From an uncultured Clostridium sp. (GTDB lineage: Bacteria > Bacillota > Clostridia > TANB77 > CAG-508), in NCBI GenBank assembly GCA_947647595.1, contig CANSKZ010000009.1, positions 21,072-53,071 on the forward strand: a stretch of 32,000 nt of DNA, written 5' to 3'. Numbering within the stretch: position 1 is the first letter of the stretch; every line of letters starts with the position of its first letter. Shown one piece after another: positions 6,170-15,103 of this stretch. The position numbers and the translations under genes are program-made. Under the pieces are notes generated by a model. That model was not told where the DNA came from. It was given only the letters and a program-made list of their open reading frames with translations, and did not search any database.

Positions 6170-6727
6170 TTGAAATTCAAAAAAGAGCAAACAACGCAAG
6201 AATGGTTGCCTTTTGAGAATATCTATGAAAATGGACTGATATTTTATAAAAATTCTTTTATTAAAATTTTAAAAATCAATCCTATCAATTATGATTTAAA
6301 ATCTAAATTAGAAAAAGAATCTATTTTAAATTCTTATAAAAACTTCTTAAAAATCTGTGATTTTGATATACAGATATTAATTCAAAGCAAAAAAGAAGAT
6401 ATTTCTAAAACCATTTCCCAAATCAATCAAGTAAGTGAAAAAAATGAAAAAATTCAAGAAATGAAAGAAAATTATATAAAATATATTACCCAAATGAACA
6501 AAGAAAAAAACTCATCTTCTAAGAATTTTTTTATCATTATCCAAAAAAAAGTAGATATTCTAAACAAAGGAATCGAAGACTTCATGGAAGAAGAAACCAA
6601 AGCATTCGAATATTTGAACGAATGTTATTTTAAAATCAAAGAAACATTAACAAGATGTGGAAACCTTGTTGATGAAATTAATTCAAAACAAAATGTAATT
6701 AACATTTTACAATCTTTTATTCATTAA
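6170..6727 (+). CDS. VirB4 N-terminal-domain-like protein (detached first ~185 aa of a Gram-positive VirB4)
   Basis: TQEWLPFENIYENGLIF..FIKILKINPINYDLKS..ILNSYKNFLKICDFDIQILIQ follows the pattern I recall for the N-terminus of CD1110/Tn916-Orf16-type VirB4 ATPases. It is in the same reading frame as the next ORF. Confidence 0.55.
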   Translation: MKFKKEQTTQEWLPFENIYENGLIFYKNSFIKILKINPINYDLKSKLEKESILNSYKNFLKICDFDIQILIQSKKEDISKTISQINQVSEKNEKIQEMKENYIKYITQMNKEKNSSSKNFFIIIQKKVDILNKGIEDFMEEETKAFEYLNECYFKIKETLTRCGNLVDEINSKQNVINILQSFIH

Positions 6728-6751
6728 AAATCCAAAAATAATTAAATAGAG

Positions 6752-8533
6752 GTGAAGAAAATAGAAAATTTTTTAAATGGTACGCTAAATCTAAAAGATA
6801 AGTTAGCACCAGGTTATATCAATCTTAGCAATCCCAAATACATAGAATTAGATGGAAAATATTATGCAGGTTTATTTATTGTGGATTATGAAAGAGAATA
6901 TAGTGAAATTATCTTTAAAAATCTCATAAATACTAATGTAAACGTAAACATTTCAATATTTTATGAAAAACAAGATAGCTATAAAACAATAAAAGATTTA
7001 ACCTATAGCATTGGAAATACTGGTGTGAATTTAAAATTTGGAAACAGTAATAAAGAAGATATTGATTTAGCAGCATTTTCCTATAATGATGCTAAATACA
7101 TAAGAAAAGAGATGCAAATAAACAATGAAGAAATGTATTATTTATATACCTATTGCATCGTAATGGCGAAAGATGAAAAAGAATTGCAGACCAATATATC
7201 AAAATTAGAAAGTATTTTACAAGCTTCAGGTTTGATACCAAGAAGAGCAAATTTTAGGCAAGAGCAGACGTTTTTAAGTTGCTTACCAATTATGGAAAAC
7301 AGCAAAGATTTGAAATCAGTTACAAAGAGAAATGTTTTAACACAAGGATTAGTAGGCACGTATCCTTTTATTTCTTCTACACTATGTGACGAAAATGGTG
7401 TATTTTTAGGAAGTAACTTATACAATAATTCGATGATTTTAGTCGACCGATTTAACAAAGATAAATATAAAAATGCTAATATGTGCGTGTTTGGAACAAG
7501 TGGTGCAGGAAAGTCTTTTTATATAAAATTATTAATTTTAAGATATCGATTATTAGGAATGGAACAATATATTATTGACCCAGAAAGAGAATATAATAAA
7601 ATTGCAGAAAATTTAGATGGAACACTCATAAAACTTGGACCAAGTTCTGATACCTACGTTAATATCTTTGACATTAGAGAAGAAAGTATGGAAGACGGAG
7701 TCGGATATTTAAGTAGTAAATTGCTAAAATTAAGAGGATTTTTTAGCTTAATTTTTGGCGAAATGGAAGAAGAAAAAATGGCAATTTTAGAAGAAAAATT
7801 AATCCAAATGTATAAACAAAAAGGTATTACATTTGAGGATGAATCTTTATATAAAAAGCCACAAGAAGGAAAAATTCCAATTATACCATCTTTTAAAACA
7901 AGTGAAGAAATGCCAATTTTAGAGGATTTATATCATTTATTAGAAGATGAAAAAGATAAAATATTTAAATTAAAATTATATCCATTTATTTATGGTTCTT
8001 TGAAATTTTTTAATCATCATACAAATGTGGAATTGAATAATAAATTAATTATTGGTGATGTATATGATTTAGGAGAAGAAAATTTGAAATATGGGATGTA
8101 CATGTTTACCGATATTTTTTGGGATAAAATCAAAAGAGATAGGAATCAAAATAAGGCGATTTATTTAGATGAAATTTGGCGATTAATAGGTGTTACTTCA
8201 AGCGGATTTGTGGCTAGTTTTATTTATAAAATTTTTAAAACAATTCGAAAATTTGGAGGAAGTGCTGTCGCAATAACACAGGATATTTCTGATTTATTCA
8301 GTTTGCAAGAAGGGGCTTATGGAAAAAGTATTTTAAATAATTGTAGCATAAAATCTTTCTTTTCTTTGGAAGAAGAAAATATTATGGTTCTTGAAAAATA
8401 TGCCAATATTTCAGAAAAAGAAAGAATTGAAATGAAATCTTTAAAAAGAGGTGAAAGCCTAATGTTTATAGGCGATGACCATATTTTAGCTAAAATTGAA
8501 GCTTCAGAATACGAAAAAAATTTAATTATATAG
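6752..8533 (+). CDS. VirB4-family type IV secretion ATPase (PrgJ/TcpF/ConE-like), C-terminal 593 aa
   Basis: Motifs present:
- Walker A CVFGTSGAGKSF, followed by IIDPEREY;
- Walker B AIYLDEIWRL;
- RKFGGSAVAITQDISD;
- N-terminal LAPGYINL..YYAGLFIVDY segment typical of the VirB4 middle region.

GTG start with SD agagg. Confidence 0.75.
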   Translation: MKKIENFLNGTLNLKDKLAPGYINLSNPKYIELDGKYYAGLFIVDYEREYSEIIFKNLINTNVNVNISIFYEKQDSYKTIKDLTYSIGNTGVNLKFGNSNKEDIDLAAFSYNDAKYIRKEMQINNEEMYYLYTYCIVMAKDEKELQTNISKLESILQASGLIPRRANFRQEQTFLSCLPIMENSKDLKSVTKRNVLTQGLVGTYPFISSTLCDENGVFLGSNLYNNSMILVDRFNKDKYKNANMCVFGTSGAGKSFYIKLLILRYRLLGMEQYIIDPEREYNKIAENLDGTLIKLGPSSDTYVNIFDIREESMEDGVGYLSSKLLKLRGFFSLIFGEMEEEKMAILEEKLIQMYKQKGITFEDESLYKKPQEGKIPIIPSFKTSEEMPILEDLYHLLEDEKDKIFKLKLYPFIYGSLKFFNHHTNVELNNKLIIGDVYDLGEENLKYGMYMFTDIFWDKIKRDRNQNKAIYLDEIWRLIGVTSSGFVASFIYKIFKTIRKFGGSAVAITQDISDLFSLQEGAYGKSILNNCSIKSFFSLEEENIMVLEKYANISEKERIEMKSLKRGESLMFIGDDHILAKIEASEYEKNLII

Positions 8534-8542
8534 GAGGAGTAA

Positions 8543-9583
8543 ATGAAAAAAATATTAACAGCCATTGGAAATCCGATGCTAAATCATAAAATAAAAAATA
8601 CAGAAAATTATGAAGTATTAAGTGAAGATATAAAAATAGATGAAGAACTATTGGAGTGGATAGAAAAAACGCAAGAGGTTGATATTTTATTTTTGTGTAG
8701 CCATATTATTCGTAATTATAAAATTGATGAATTTATACAAATTATCCGAAAAATAAAAGAAGATATTTTAATTATATTTTTTGAAGGAGAAAATATAGAA
8801 AGTAGTGTAAAAGAAGATGAGCATTTAAAAATATATAATTCTCTTGACTTAGATTTGGAGATTTTAGAAAAAATTTTGCAAAAAGTAATTCAAAAAAATA
8901 TTAGAAAATATACTTCAAAAACCATTTCGATTTCAGGTGTCAGTGGGGTGGGGAAAAGTACGTTTTCCACATTTCTTGCAAAAAGTGTGGAAAATCAATC
9001 TATTAAAACATTACTCATTGATTTTGATTTAGAAGAAAGTCAAATTAGAACATTATTGAAAATAAAAAAGCAACCACAAAGTATGGAAACATTGAAGGAT
9101 ATGGTTATACACATAAATAAAAATTTAGATGTATTATCCCATTTAGATTTTATTTATCCACAAGACCATCCAATTGACTTTTTAAAAATTCAGGAAATAT
9201 TTCATATATTTAAACAAGAATATAATTTAATTATTATTGATACTTCTTCAAAATTGGAAAATGAATATACCAAAAGAATATTTTACAATAGCGATGAAAT
9301 TATTTTTTTATTAGAACCAAATATTTTAGGGGTAAAAAAATCTAAAAATATGTTAGAAGTATTAGAAAATGATTGGAAAATTGATTTTTCAAAAATAAAA
9401 CTAATATTGAATAAAGCCAATATTTATCAAATATCAAATACCATTATTGAAGAATTATTTCCAGATATAAAGTTACTTGGCAGAATGAAATATAATGATG
9501 CGTATAATTTAATGATTAACAAAAATGTAGATAAAAAAGAAATTAAAAGAGAATATGAAAAAATGTATAAAAGGATTTGTTAA
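8543..9583 (+). CDS. MinD/ParA-class P-loop ATPase with N-terminal receiver-like domain (CpaE/TadZ-like architecture)
   Basis: Walker A ISGVSGVGKST, LLIDFDL (switch I-like) and LIIIDTSS (Walker B-like) lie in the C-terminal half. The N-terminal ~120 aa (KILTAIGNP...DILFLCSHI...ILIIFFEG) look like a degenerate flavodoxin/receiver fold. SD aggagg; starts 9 nt after the VirB4 stop. Confidence 0.6.
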   Translation: MKKILTAIGNPMLNHKIKNTENYEVLSEDIKIDEELLEWIEKTQEVDILFLCSHIIRNYKIDEFIQIIRKIKEDILIIFFEGENIESSVKEDEHLKIYNSLDLDLEILEKILQKVIQKNIRKYTSKTISISGVSGVGKSTFSTFLAKSVENQSIKTLLIDFDLEESQIRTLLKIKKQPQSMETLKDMVIHINKNLDVLSHLDFIYPQDHPIDFLKIQEIFHIFKQEYNLIIIDTSSKLENEYTKRIFYNSDEIIFLLEPNILGVKKSKNMLEVLENDWKIDFSKIKLILNKANIYQISNTIIEELFPDIKLLGRMKYNDAYNLMINKNVDKKEIKREYEKMYKRIC

Positions 9584-9606
9584 ATGAAATAATTTTCCAA
9601 AATTCC

Positions 9607-9635
9607 TTGCAATTTTCTAAAAATTTATATATAAT
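9607..9635 (+). promoter_or_regulatory. Sigma-A-type promoter of gyrA
   Basis: ttgcaa at 9607-9612, a 17-nt spacer, and tataat at 9630-9635. Confidence 0.55.
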
Positions 9636-9671
9636 ACAAATATGAAAAAATAAAAGGAAAAGAGGAAAAAT

Positions 9672-12119
9672 ATGGATAGACAAGAGGAAACAATCGTTGA
9701 GAGAAATATTGAAGAAGAAATGAAAACAGCCTATATTGATTACGCCATGAGCGTTATTGTTTCTCGTGCTTTGCCAGATGTTAGAGATGGTCTAAAACCA
9801 GTACATAGAAGAATTCTGTATTCAATGCATGAAGACGGAATTACATCAGACAAGCCATATAGAAAATGTGCCAATACAGTAGGGTCTGTTTTAGGAAGAT
9901 ATCATCCCCATGGAGATGCATCGGTTTATGATGCCATGGTAAGATTAGCACAAGATTTTTCAATGCGTTATATGTTAATTGATGGACACGGAAATTTTGG
10001 TTCAATCGATGGTGATGGAGCGGCAGCCATGAGGTATACAGAAGCAAGAATGGCGAAACTTTCAGAGCAAATGTTAGTCGATATCGAAAAAAATACTGTC
10101 AATTTTATGCCAAACTATGACGACCGATTACAAGAACCAACTGTGTTACCAACCAAAGTTCCAGCCCTATTAATCAATGGTTCTTCAGGAATTGCAGTAG
10201 GTATGGCAACCAATATACCACCACATAATTTAAATGAAATAATCGATGGATTAATCAAAATAATTGAGGAAGATGATGTTACAGATGAACAATTAATGAC
10301 GGTTATCAAAGGTCCAGATTTTCCTACAGGAGCAACTATCTTAGGAAGAGAAGGAATTAAGCAAGCTTATACAACAGGTAGAGGAAAAATCACATTAAGA
10401 GCTGAAACTGAAATTGAAGAAATGTCAGGAAATAGACAAAGAATTGTTGTTACATCTTTACCATATCAAGTCAACAAAGCTAAATTAATTGAAAATATTG
10501 CAGCCCTTGTAAGAGATAAAAAAGTCGAAGGAATTTCTGATATTAGAGATGAATCTGATAGACAAGAAAGAGTCAGAGTTGTTATTGAATTAAAAAGAGA
10601 TGCCAGACCACAAGTTACGCTAAATCAATTATATAAACATACAGCAATGCAAGAATCTTTTGGAATTATTATGTTAGCATTAGTAGATGGCGAACCTAAA
10701 ATCTTGACATTAAGAAAATGTTTAGATGAATTTATTAAACACAGAAAAGAAGTTGTTTTACGTAGAACAAAATTCGAGCTTGAAAAAGCAGAAGCAAGAG
10801 CTCATATATTAGAAGGATTACGTATTGCAATTGATAATATTGATGAAGTCATCAACATCATTCGTTCTGCTTATGATGACGCCAAAGAAAAATTAATGGA
10901 AAGATTCGGGCTTTCCGATATTCAAGCACAAGCAATTTTAGATATGCAATTAAAAAGATTATCTGGTTTGCAACGTGAAAAAATCGAAGAAGAATATGCT
11001 GAATTAATGAAATTGATTGCGTATTATAAAGATGTTTTAAGTAGTGAAACATTAGTATTTAATATCATCAAAGAAGAACTTCTTGAAATTAAAGAAAAAT
11101 TCGGTGACGAAAGATTAACTAAAATTGTTGCTGCAGAAGGTGAAATTGATGTAGAAGATTTAATCAAAGAGGAACAAACTGTTGTAGCATTAACTAATTT
11201 TGGATATATCAAAAGAATGCCAGTAGATACTTATAAAAGCCAAAGACGTGGTGGAAAAGGTATCATGGGAATAACAACAAGAGAAGAAGATTTTGTAAAA
11301 GAAATTTTTACGACTTCGACACATGATACAGTTTTATTTTTTAGCAATAAAGGAAAAATGTATCGATTACGTGGTTATGAAATTCCAGAAGCAGGTAGAA
11401 ATGCTAAAGGAACAGCGATTGTAAATTTATTGAATTTAGAATCAGGTGAGAAAATATCAGCAGTTATTCCAATTCAAAATTTCGCAGATGGAAAATATAT
11501 TCTAATGGCAACAAGAAATGGAACAATTAAGAAAACAGCCCTAAAAGAATATGATACTAGCAGAAAATCTGGATTAATGGCGATTACATTGAAAGATAAT
11601 GATGCATTAATTGATGTAAGATTAACAGATGGAGAAGATAATGTAGTGCTTGTTACCAAAAAAGGACAATGTATTACATTTGACGAAAAAGATGTTAGAC
11701 CATTAGGTAGAAGTGCACAAGGTGTTATTGGTATGCGCTTGGATGAAAATGATGAAGTAATTGGTATGGAACCAATTGTTAGAGGAGGAAAAGCAACATT
11801 GCTTGCCATAACAGAAAATGGCTTTGGAAAAAGAACGGATTTAGATGAATATCGTGTTCAAAATAGAGGAGGAAAAGGTGTTATCACTTATAAAATAACA
11901 CCAAAAACAGGAGATATTATTGGAATAAAAGTAGTCAACGGTGATGAAGATGTCATGTTAATTACTGACACAGGAACGATAATTCGTTTAAAAGTTGCAG
12001 AAATTAGTATACTTGGAAGATCTACACAAGGAGTCACTTTAATGAGAACCAATGATGGAAAAGTAGTAAGTATAGCAACATTAGAGCCAGAAGAAGAGGA
12101 TGAAAAAGAAGAAAAATAA
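9672..12119 (+). CDS. gyrA: DNA gyrase subunit A
   Basis: 815 aa. It has the N-terminal [27 protein letters not shown] segment, the active-site AAMRYTE motif, the GyrA-box QRRGGKG (which distinguishes it from ParC), beta-pinwheel repeats and an acidic tail. Confidence 0.95.
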
Positions 12120-12121
12120 TC

Positions 12122-12157
12122 AAAAACAAGGTAGATTTTGTTTCTACCTTGTTTTTT
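12122..12157 (+). terminator. Intrinsic terminator of gyrA
   Basis: acaaggtaga / tctaccttgt stem with a 7-nt loop and a T-run. Confidence 0.75.
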
Positions 12158-12231
12158 ACAGTCCTAGCTACTTGACATTTTATGTAAATTATGATAAAAT
12201 ACTAAACATAACACAGAGAAAGGGTGATTTT

Positions 12232-12558
12232 TTGAAAAAATATAAAGAAATTGTACGGATTGGACTAGTTCTTTTGTGGGTTATAGGACTTTTACTGACT
12301 TTAGTTCGAGTCCGAGAAGATCCCAATATTATTATTCTTACCATAGCAATAAGTTTTATTGGGATGATGGGGACAAAAGAGCCCATTATAATATTGGCAG
12401 TCATTGAATGGGGCATCTTTTTCGGGTATGCTTCAGTTATGGGCTATTTTTTTATTAAACAGCCACAGGATGTCACAAAGGTGTTGATAGCAATAGGAGT
12501 TTTTATTCTTCTTGTTATGATAAGAAGGATAAAAAATTTTTCAAATTATGTTTTTTAA
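12232..12558 (+). CDS. Small membrane protein (3 predicted TM helices), unknown function
   Basis: The ORF-track start (12100) lies inside gyrA and its terminator. A TTGACA-17-TGaTAAAAT promoter at 12172-12200 and SD agggtg support the in-frame TTG at 12232 (LKKYKEIVRIGLVLLWV...). Confidence 0.5.
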   Translation: MKKYKEIVRIGLVLLWVIGLLLTLVRVREDPNIIILTIAISFIGMMGTKEPIIILAVIEWGIFFGYASVMGYFFIKQPQDVTKVLIAIGVFILLVMIRRIKNFSNYVF

Positions 12559-12569
12559 CCAAAAACAAG

Positions 12570-12604
12570 AAAACCGACGGAAGCAATTCTAGTCGGTTTT
12601 TCGC
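12570..12604. terminator. Bidirectional hairpin between convergent genes
   Basis: aaaaccgac / gtcggtttt stem with a 13-nt loop. It overlaps the stop codon of the minus-strand ATPase gene. Confidence 0.5.
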
Positions 12605-13608
12605 TTTTTAAATCTTAAATCTTCGCCAAAAAATCGCAAAATTCTGTAATATCCCGCAATTCGTGAAGAAATTCTCGTCGTATAAATTTTTTCAATTTCG
12701 TCAGGTCGTAAATTTGTGGAAATAATTGTTTTGGTAATTTTGTTATTTTGGTTTAATAATCGTGTATTGATAATCGTAAATAATTCTGTTATGTATAATT
12801 CGCTGGTATGTTCTGTCCCTAAATCGTCAATAATTAATAAATCAGAAGTTAATATATTTTGCATTAAATCAAATTTGGAATTCTCTTTTCCAAATTTTGC
12901 ATTTATAATTTCTTCGAACATCACTGGTGCTGTTTGATATAGAACCGTTTTGCCAGCAGATAGAAGTTCGTTGGCAATACAATTTGTCATAAAAGTTTTG
13001 CCTAGCCCTGTATTTCCAGTAAATAAAAGATTTTTTTCTTCAGGATTGTCAAAATCTCTAATAAAATTTTGTGCCTTATCTTTTATAATTTCAATATTTT
13101 CTCGTGGTGAAAGTTTTGATTTATATGCATCTGGATTTTTTTCTGAAGAGAAAACAGAAATATTAAATTTAGAAAAATTCTCTTTTTGCAAATTTCCAAT
13201 ATTGGACTTATTATAATAAATATTAAATAATTCTTGCTTTAGACAATGACACATAGTGGAAGTACCATTTTTTTCAACATAACCAGTATCTTTGCATTGT
13301 TTACATTCAAAATGAGGTTTTAAATAATTGGTATCTTTTGATAAATCTTTTAGAAATTTATTTTTTTCTTTGATTAATTCGGCTGATTGTTTTTTTAAAT
13401 CAGTTAATAATTTTGTTCGTTCAGAAGTTTCCGATTGTAAAATTAATTTGGCTGTTTTAATTGAAATATTTGCAAGTTGTATTTCAATTTCTGATAATCT
13501 AGGATTGACAGATAACAACTCGCGTTTTCGATTTTCCGCCTGTTGTATGGCGTTATTGCGTTTGAGTTCGTATTCATTTAAAATCTGTTTTAGTACGGAA
13601 ATTTCCAT
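12589..13608 (-). CDS. DnaI/DnaC-like AAA+ helicase loader
   Basis: An N-terminal coiled region, a zinc module CKQCKDTGY...CHC, Walker A GNTGLGKTF and Walker B LLIIDDLGTE. It starts 12 nt downstream of the DnaD-domain gene. Confidence 0.8.
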   Translation of the reverse strand: MEISVLKQILNEYELKRNNAIQQAENRKRELLSVNPRLSEIEIQLANISIKTAKLILQSETSERTKLLTDLKKQSAELIKEKNKFLKDLSKDTNYLKPHFECKQCKDTGYVEKNGTSTMCHCLKQELFNIYYNKSNIGNLQKENFSKFNISVFSSEKNPDAYKSKLSPRENIEIIKDKAQNFIRDFDNPEEKNLLFTGNTGLGKTFMTNCIANELLSAGKTVLYQTAPVMFEEIINAKFGKENSKFDLMQNILTSDLLIIDDLGTEHTSELYITELFTIINTRLLNQNNKITKTIISTNLRPDEIEKIYTTRISSRIAGYYRILRFFGEDLRFKKRKTD

Positions 13609-13620
13609 GATTTATCCTCC

Positions 13621-14574
13621 TTAATTATCATACAACGCATCCCAATTGTCAAAAGTACTTTGTGTATATTCTAAAGCCATTTGTTTGACTTGTTTTATTT
13701 TCTTGTCTTTTGTTTTGGCAGAATCTAAATAAGCGTTTACATCAGAAACACTCGAAAGTCCTTTGTTGTGCCAATCAGATAAAAGTGTGTCAATGTATTC
13801 AAAATTAATTGTATTTTTTGTAGCAGCTCTTTTTAAAGCAATTTCTATAATATCCATATCGTATTTGTAATTTTCAGTCCATTTGATGATATATTCTTCA
13901 TCATAAGCAGTAAGATTTCTGGATAAATTAAGTTTTTGAGCAATTTTTTTCTTTAAAATATTGGTTTTTTCGCGACGTTCAAAATATAAATCTAAATCAT
14001 TATAAGTTTTGATGTTTTCTCGATTCCAACCTTCTGCAACCGTTCGAAGATAATTTGGATGCAAAGCTCGATTTTCAAAAGCATAACTAAATAAAGCAAT
14101 CATGACTTGCTCATCAAATCCATATTTTTCGAACCATAATTCAATATCAGGATACCAAGATGGAGCCATTGTTCCAGAGAAAAATTGCGAATTGATACTA
14201 TCGATTACTTTTGCACGTGCTTGACTTTCTGCATTTTTTTCAATATCTTTTGGAGAAAGACTTACCTTTGGATGATATAATTTATTTAATTCAATTTCTT
14301 GAAGATTTGCTAAAGAATAACCATTTGGGTTTTTGATAAAAAGACCTGCACCTTCCCAATATTTGATAGCATCTTGCACGGTTGGAAAATCTAAATCAAG
14401 CGTTTTAGATAAATCATTGATTTTTATTTCACTATTATGTTTTGACAAAAAAAGAACATAAAAATAAACCTTAACAAATTCACTTTTTGCTTCAGGTAAA
14501 TATTCTGTAAAAAAGATATCTGGTATTTCTGTACTTGAGAATAAAAAAGATTTATCACTTTGATTTAGTTTCAT
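13621..14574 (-). CDS. DnaD-domain replication initiation/membrane attachment protein (DnaB-like of Firmicutes)
   Basis: Two DnaB_2/DnaD-type repeats (WFEKYGFDEQVMIALFSYAFENRALHPNYLRTVAEGWNRENIKT and IIKWTENYKYDMDIIEIALKRAATKNTINFEYIDTLLSDWHNKGL) follow a winged-helix-like N-terminus. Confidence 0.75.
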   Translation of the reverse strand: MKLNQSDKSFLFSSTEIPDIFFTEYLPEAKSEFVKVYFYVLFLSKHNSEIKINDLSKTLDLDFPTVQDAIKYWEGAGLFIKNPNGYSLANLQEIELNKLYHPKVSLSPKDIEKNAESQARAKVIDSINSQFFSGTMAPSWYPDIELWFEKYGFDEQVMIALFSYAFENRALHPNYLRTVAEGWNRENIKTYNDLDLYFERREKTNILKKKIAQKLNLSRNLTAYDEEYIIKWTENYKYDMDIIEIALKRAATKNTINFEYIDTLLSDWHNKGLSSVSDVNAYLDSAKTKDKKIKQVKQMALEYTQSTFDNWDALYDN

Positions 14575-14744
14575 AAAAAGCCCCCATTTTTATATATTTA
14601 TCAACACATTTTTTAGAATATTGTATTGTATTTTTATTCTTTTTAAATTCTTTTGTACAGTATTCTTATTATACCATTAACTTTTTTAAAACACAATACA
14701 GAAAATATTTTTGCTAATAAAATGCAATGAGGAGTAAGAAAAAA

Positions 14745-14770
14745 AGCTATTAGGCTTTTTTCTAATAGCT
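14745..14770. terminator. Bidirectional intrinsic terminator after the PrgI-like gene
   Basis: agctattag / ctaatagct stem flanked by A/T runs. It separates the T4SS membrane operon from the DnaD-domain gene. Confidence 0.65.
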
Positions 14771-14780
14771 CTTTTTCAAC

Positions 14781-15089
14781 TTAATTGCTTTTTGTAAATT
14801 CAAGATATTTTTTCTGAAATAGATAAATTTTTTGTTTTTTATAGTATTTTATAATATAAATTAATACAGATACAATATTTTCACTCTGTACTCCAAGAAT
14901 ACTAAATAGTAAAAAAGGTAAAAATAATCCGATAAAAAGATAGATTTTTAAGCGAATGGATGTGAAAATAAAATTCAAAAATCCATACAAAATTCCAGCA
15001 AAAATACTATCGAATATAGCCGTTTGATAATCGATTAATCCGAACAATTTAGATTTGAATTTGTAATCTTTTGGTATAATAAAATTCAT
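14781..15089 (-). CDS. PrgI-family (VirB3-like) small membrane protein
   Basis: 102 aa. N-terminal IPKDYKFKSKLFGLIDYQTAIF, then two TM helices and a basic tail, which is the PrgI/VirB3 pattern as I recall it. SD aggagg overlaps the upstream gene's end. Confidence 0.6.
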   Translation of the reverse strand: MNFIIPKDYKFKSKLFGLIDYQTAIFDSIFAGILYGFLNFIFTSIRLKIYLFIGLFLPFLLFSILGVQSENIVSVLIYIIKYYKKQKIYLFQKKYLEFTKSN

Positions 15090-15103
15090 TTTTCAAAAAC
15101 CTC

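Noticed and set aside
9841-11809. Five minus-strand ORFs (62-111 aa) inside gyrA.
   Set aside because: They are antisense to a confidently identified, full-length gyrA. The products are low-complexity with no SD or promoter context, so they are typical shadow ORFs.
12100-12231. The N-terminal 44 codons of the ORF-track ORF 12100-12558, which overlap the gyrA 3' end.
   Set aside because: This stretch spans the gyrA stop, its intrinsic terminator and a promoter. The real start is most plausibly the in-frame TTG at 12232, downstream of that promoter.
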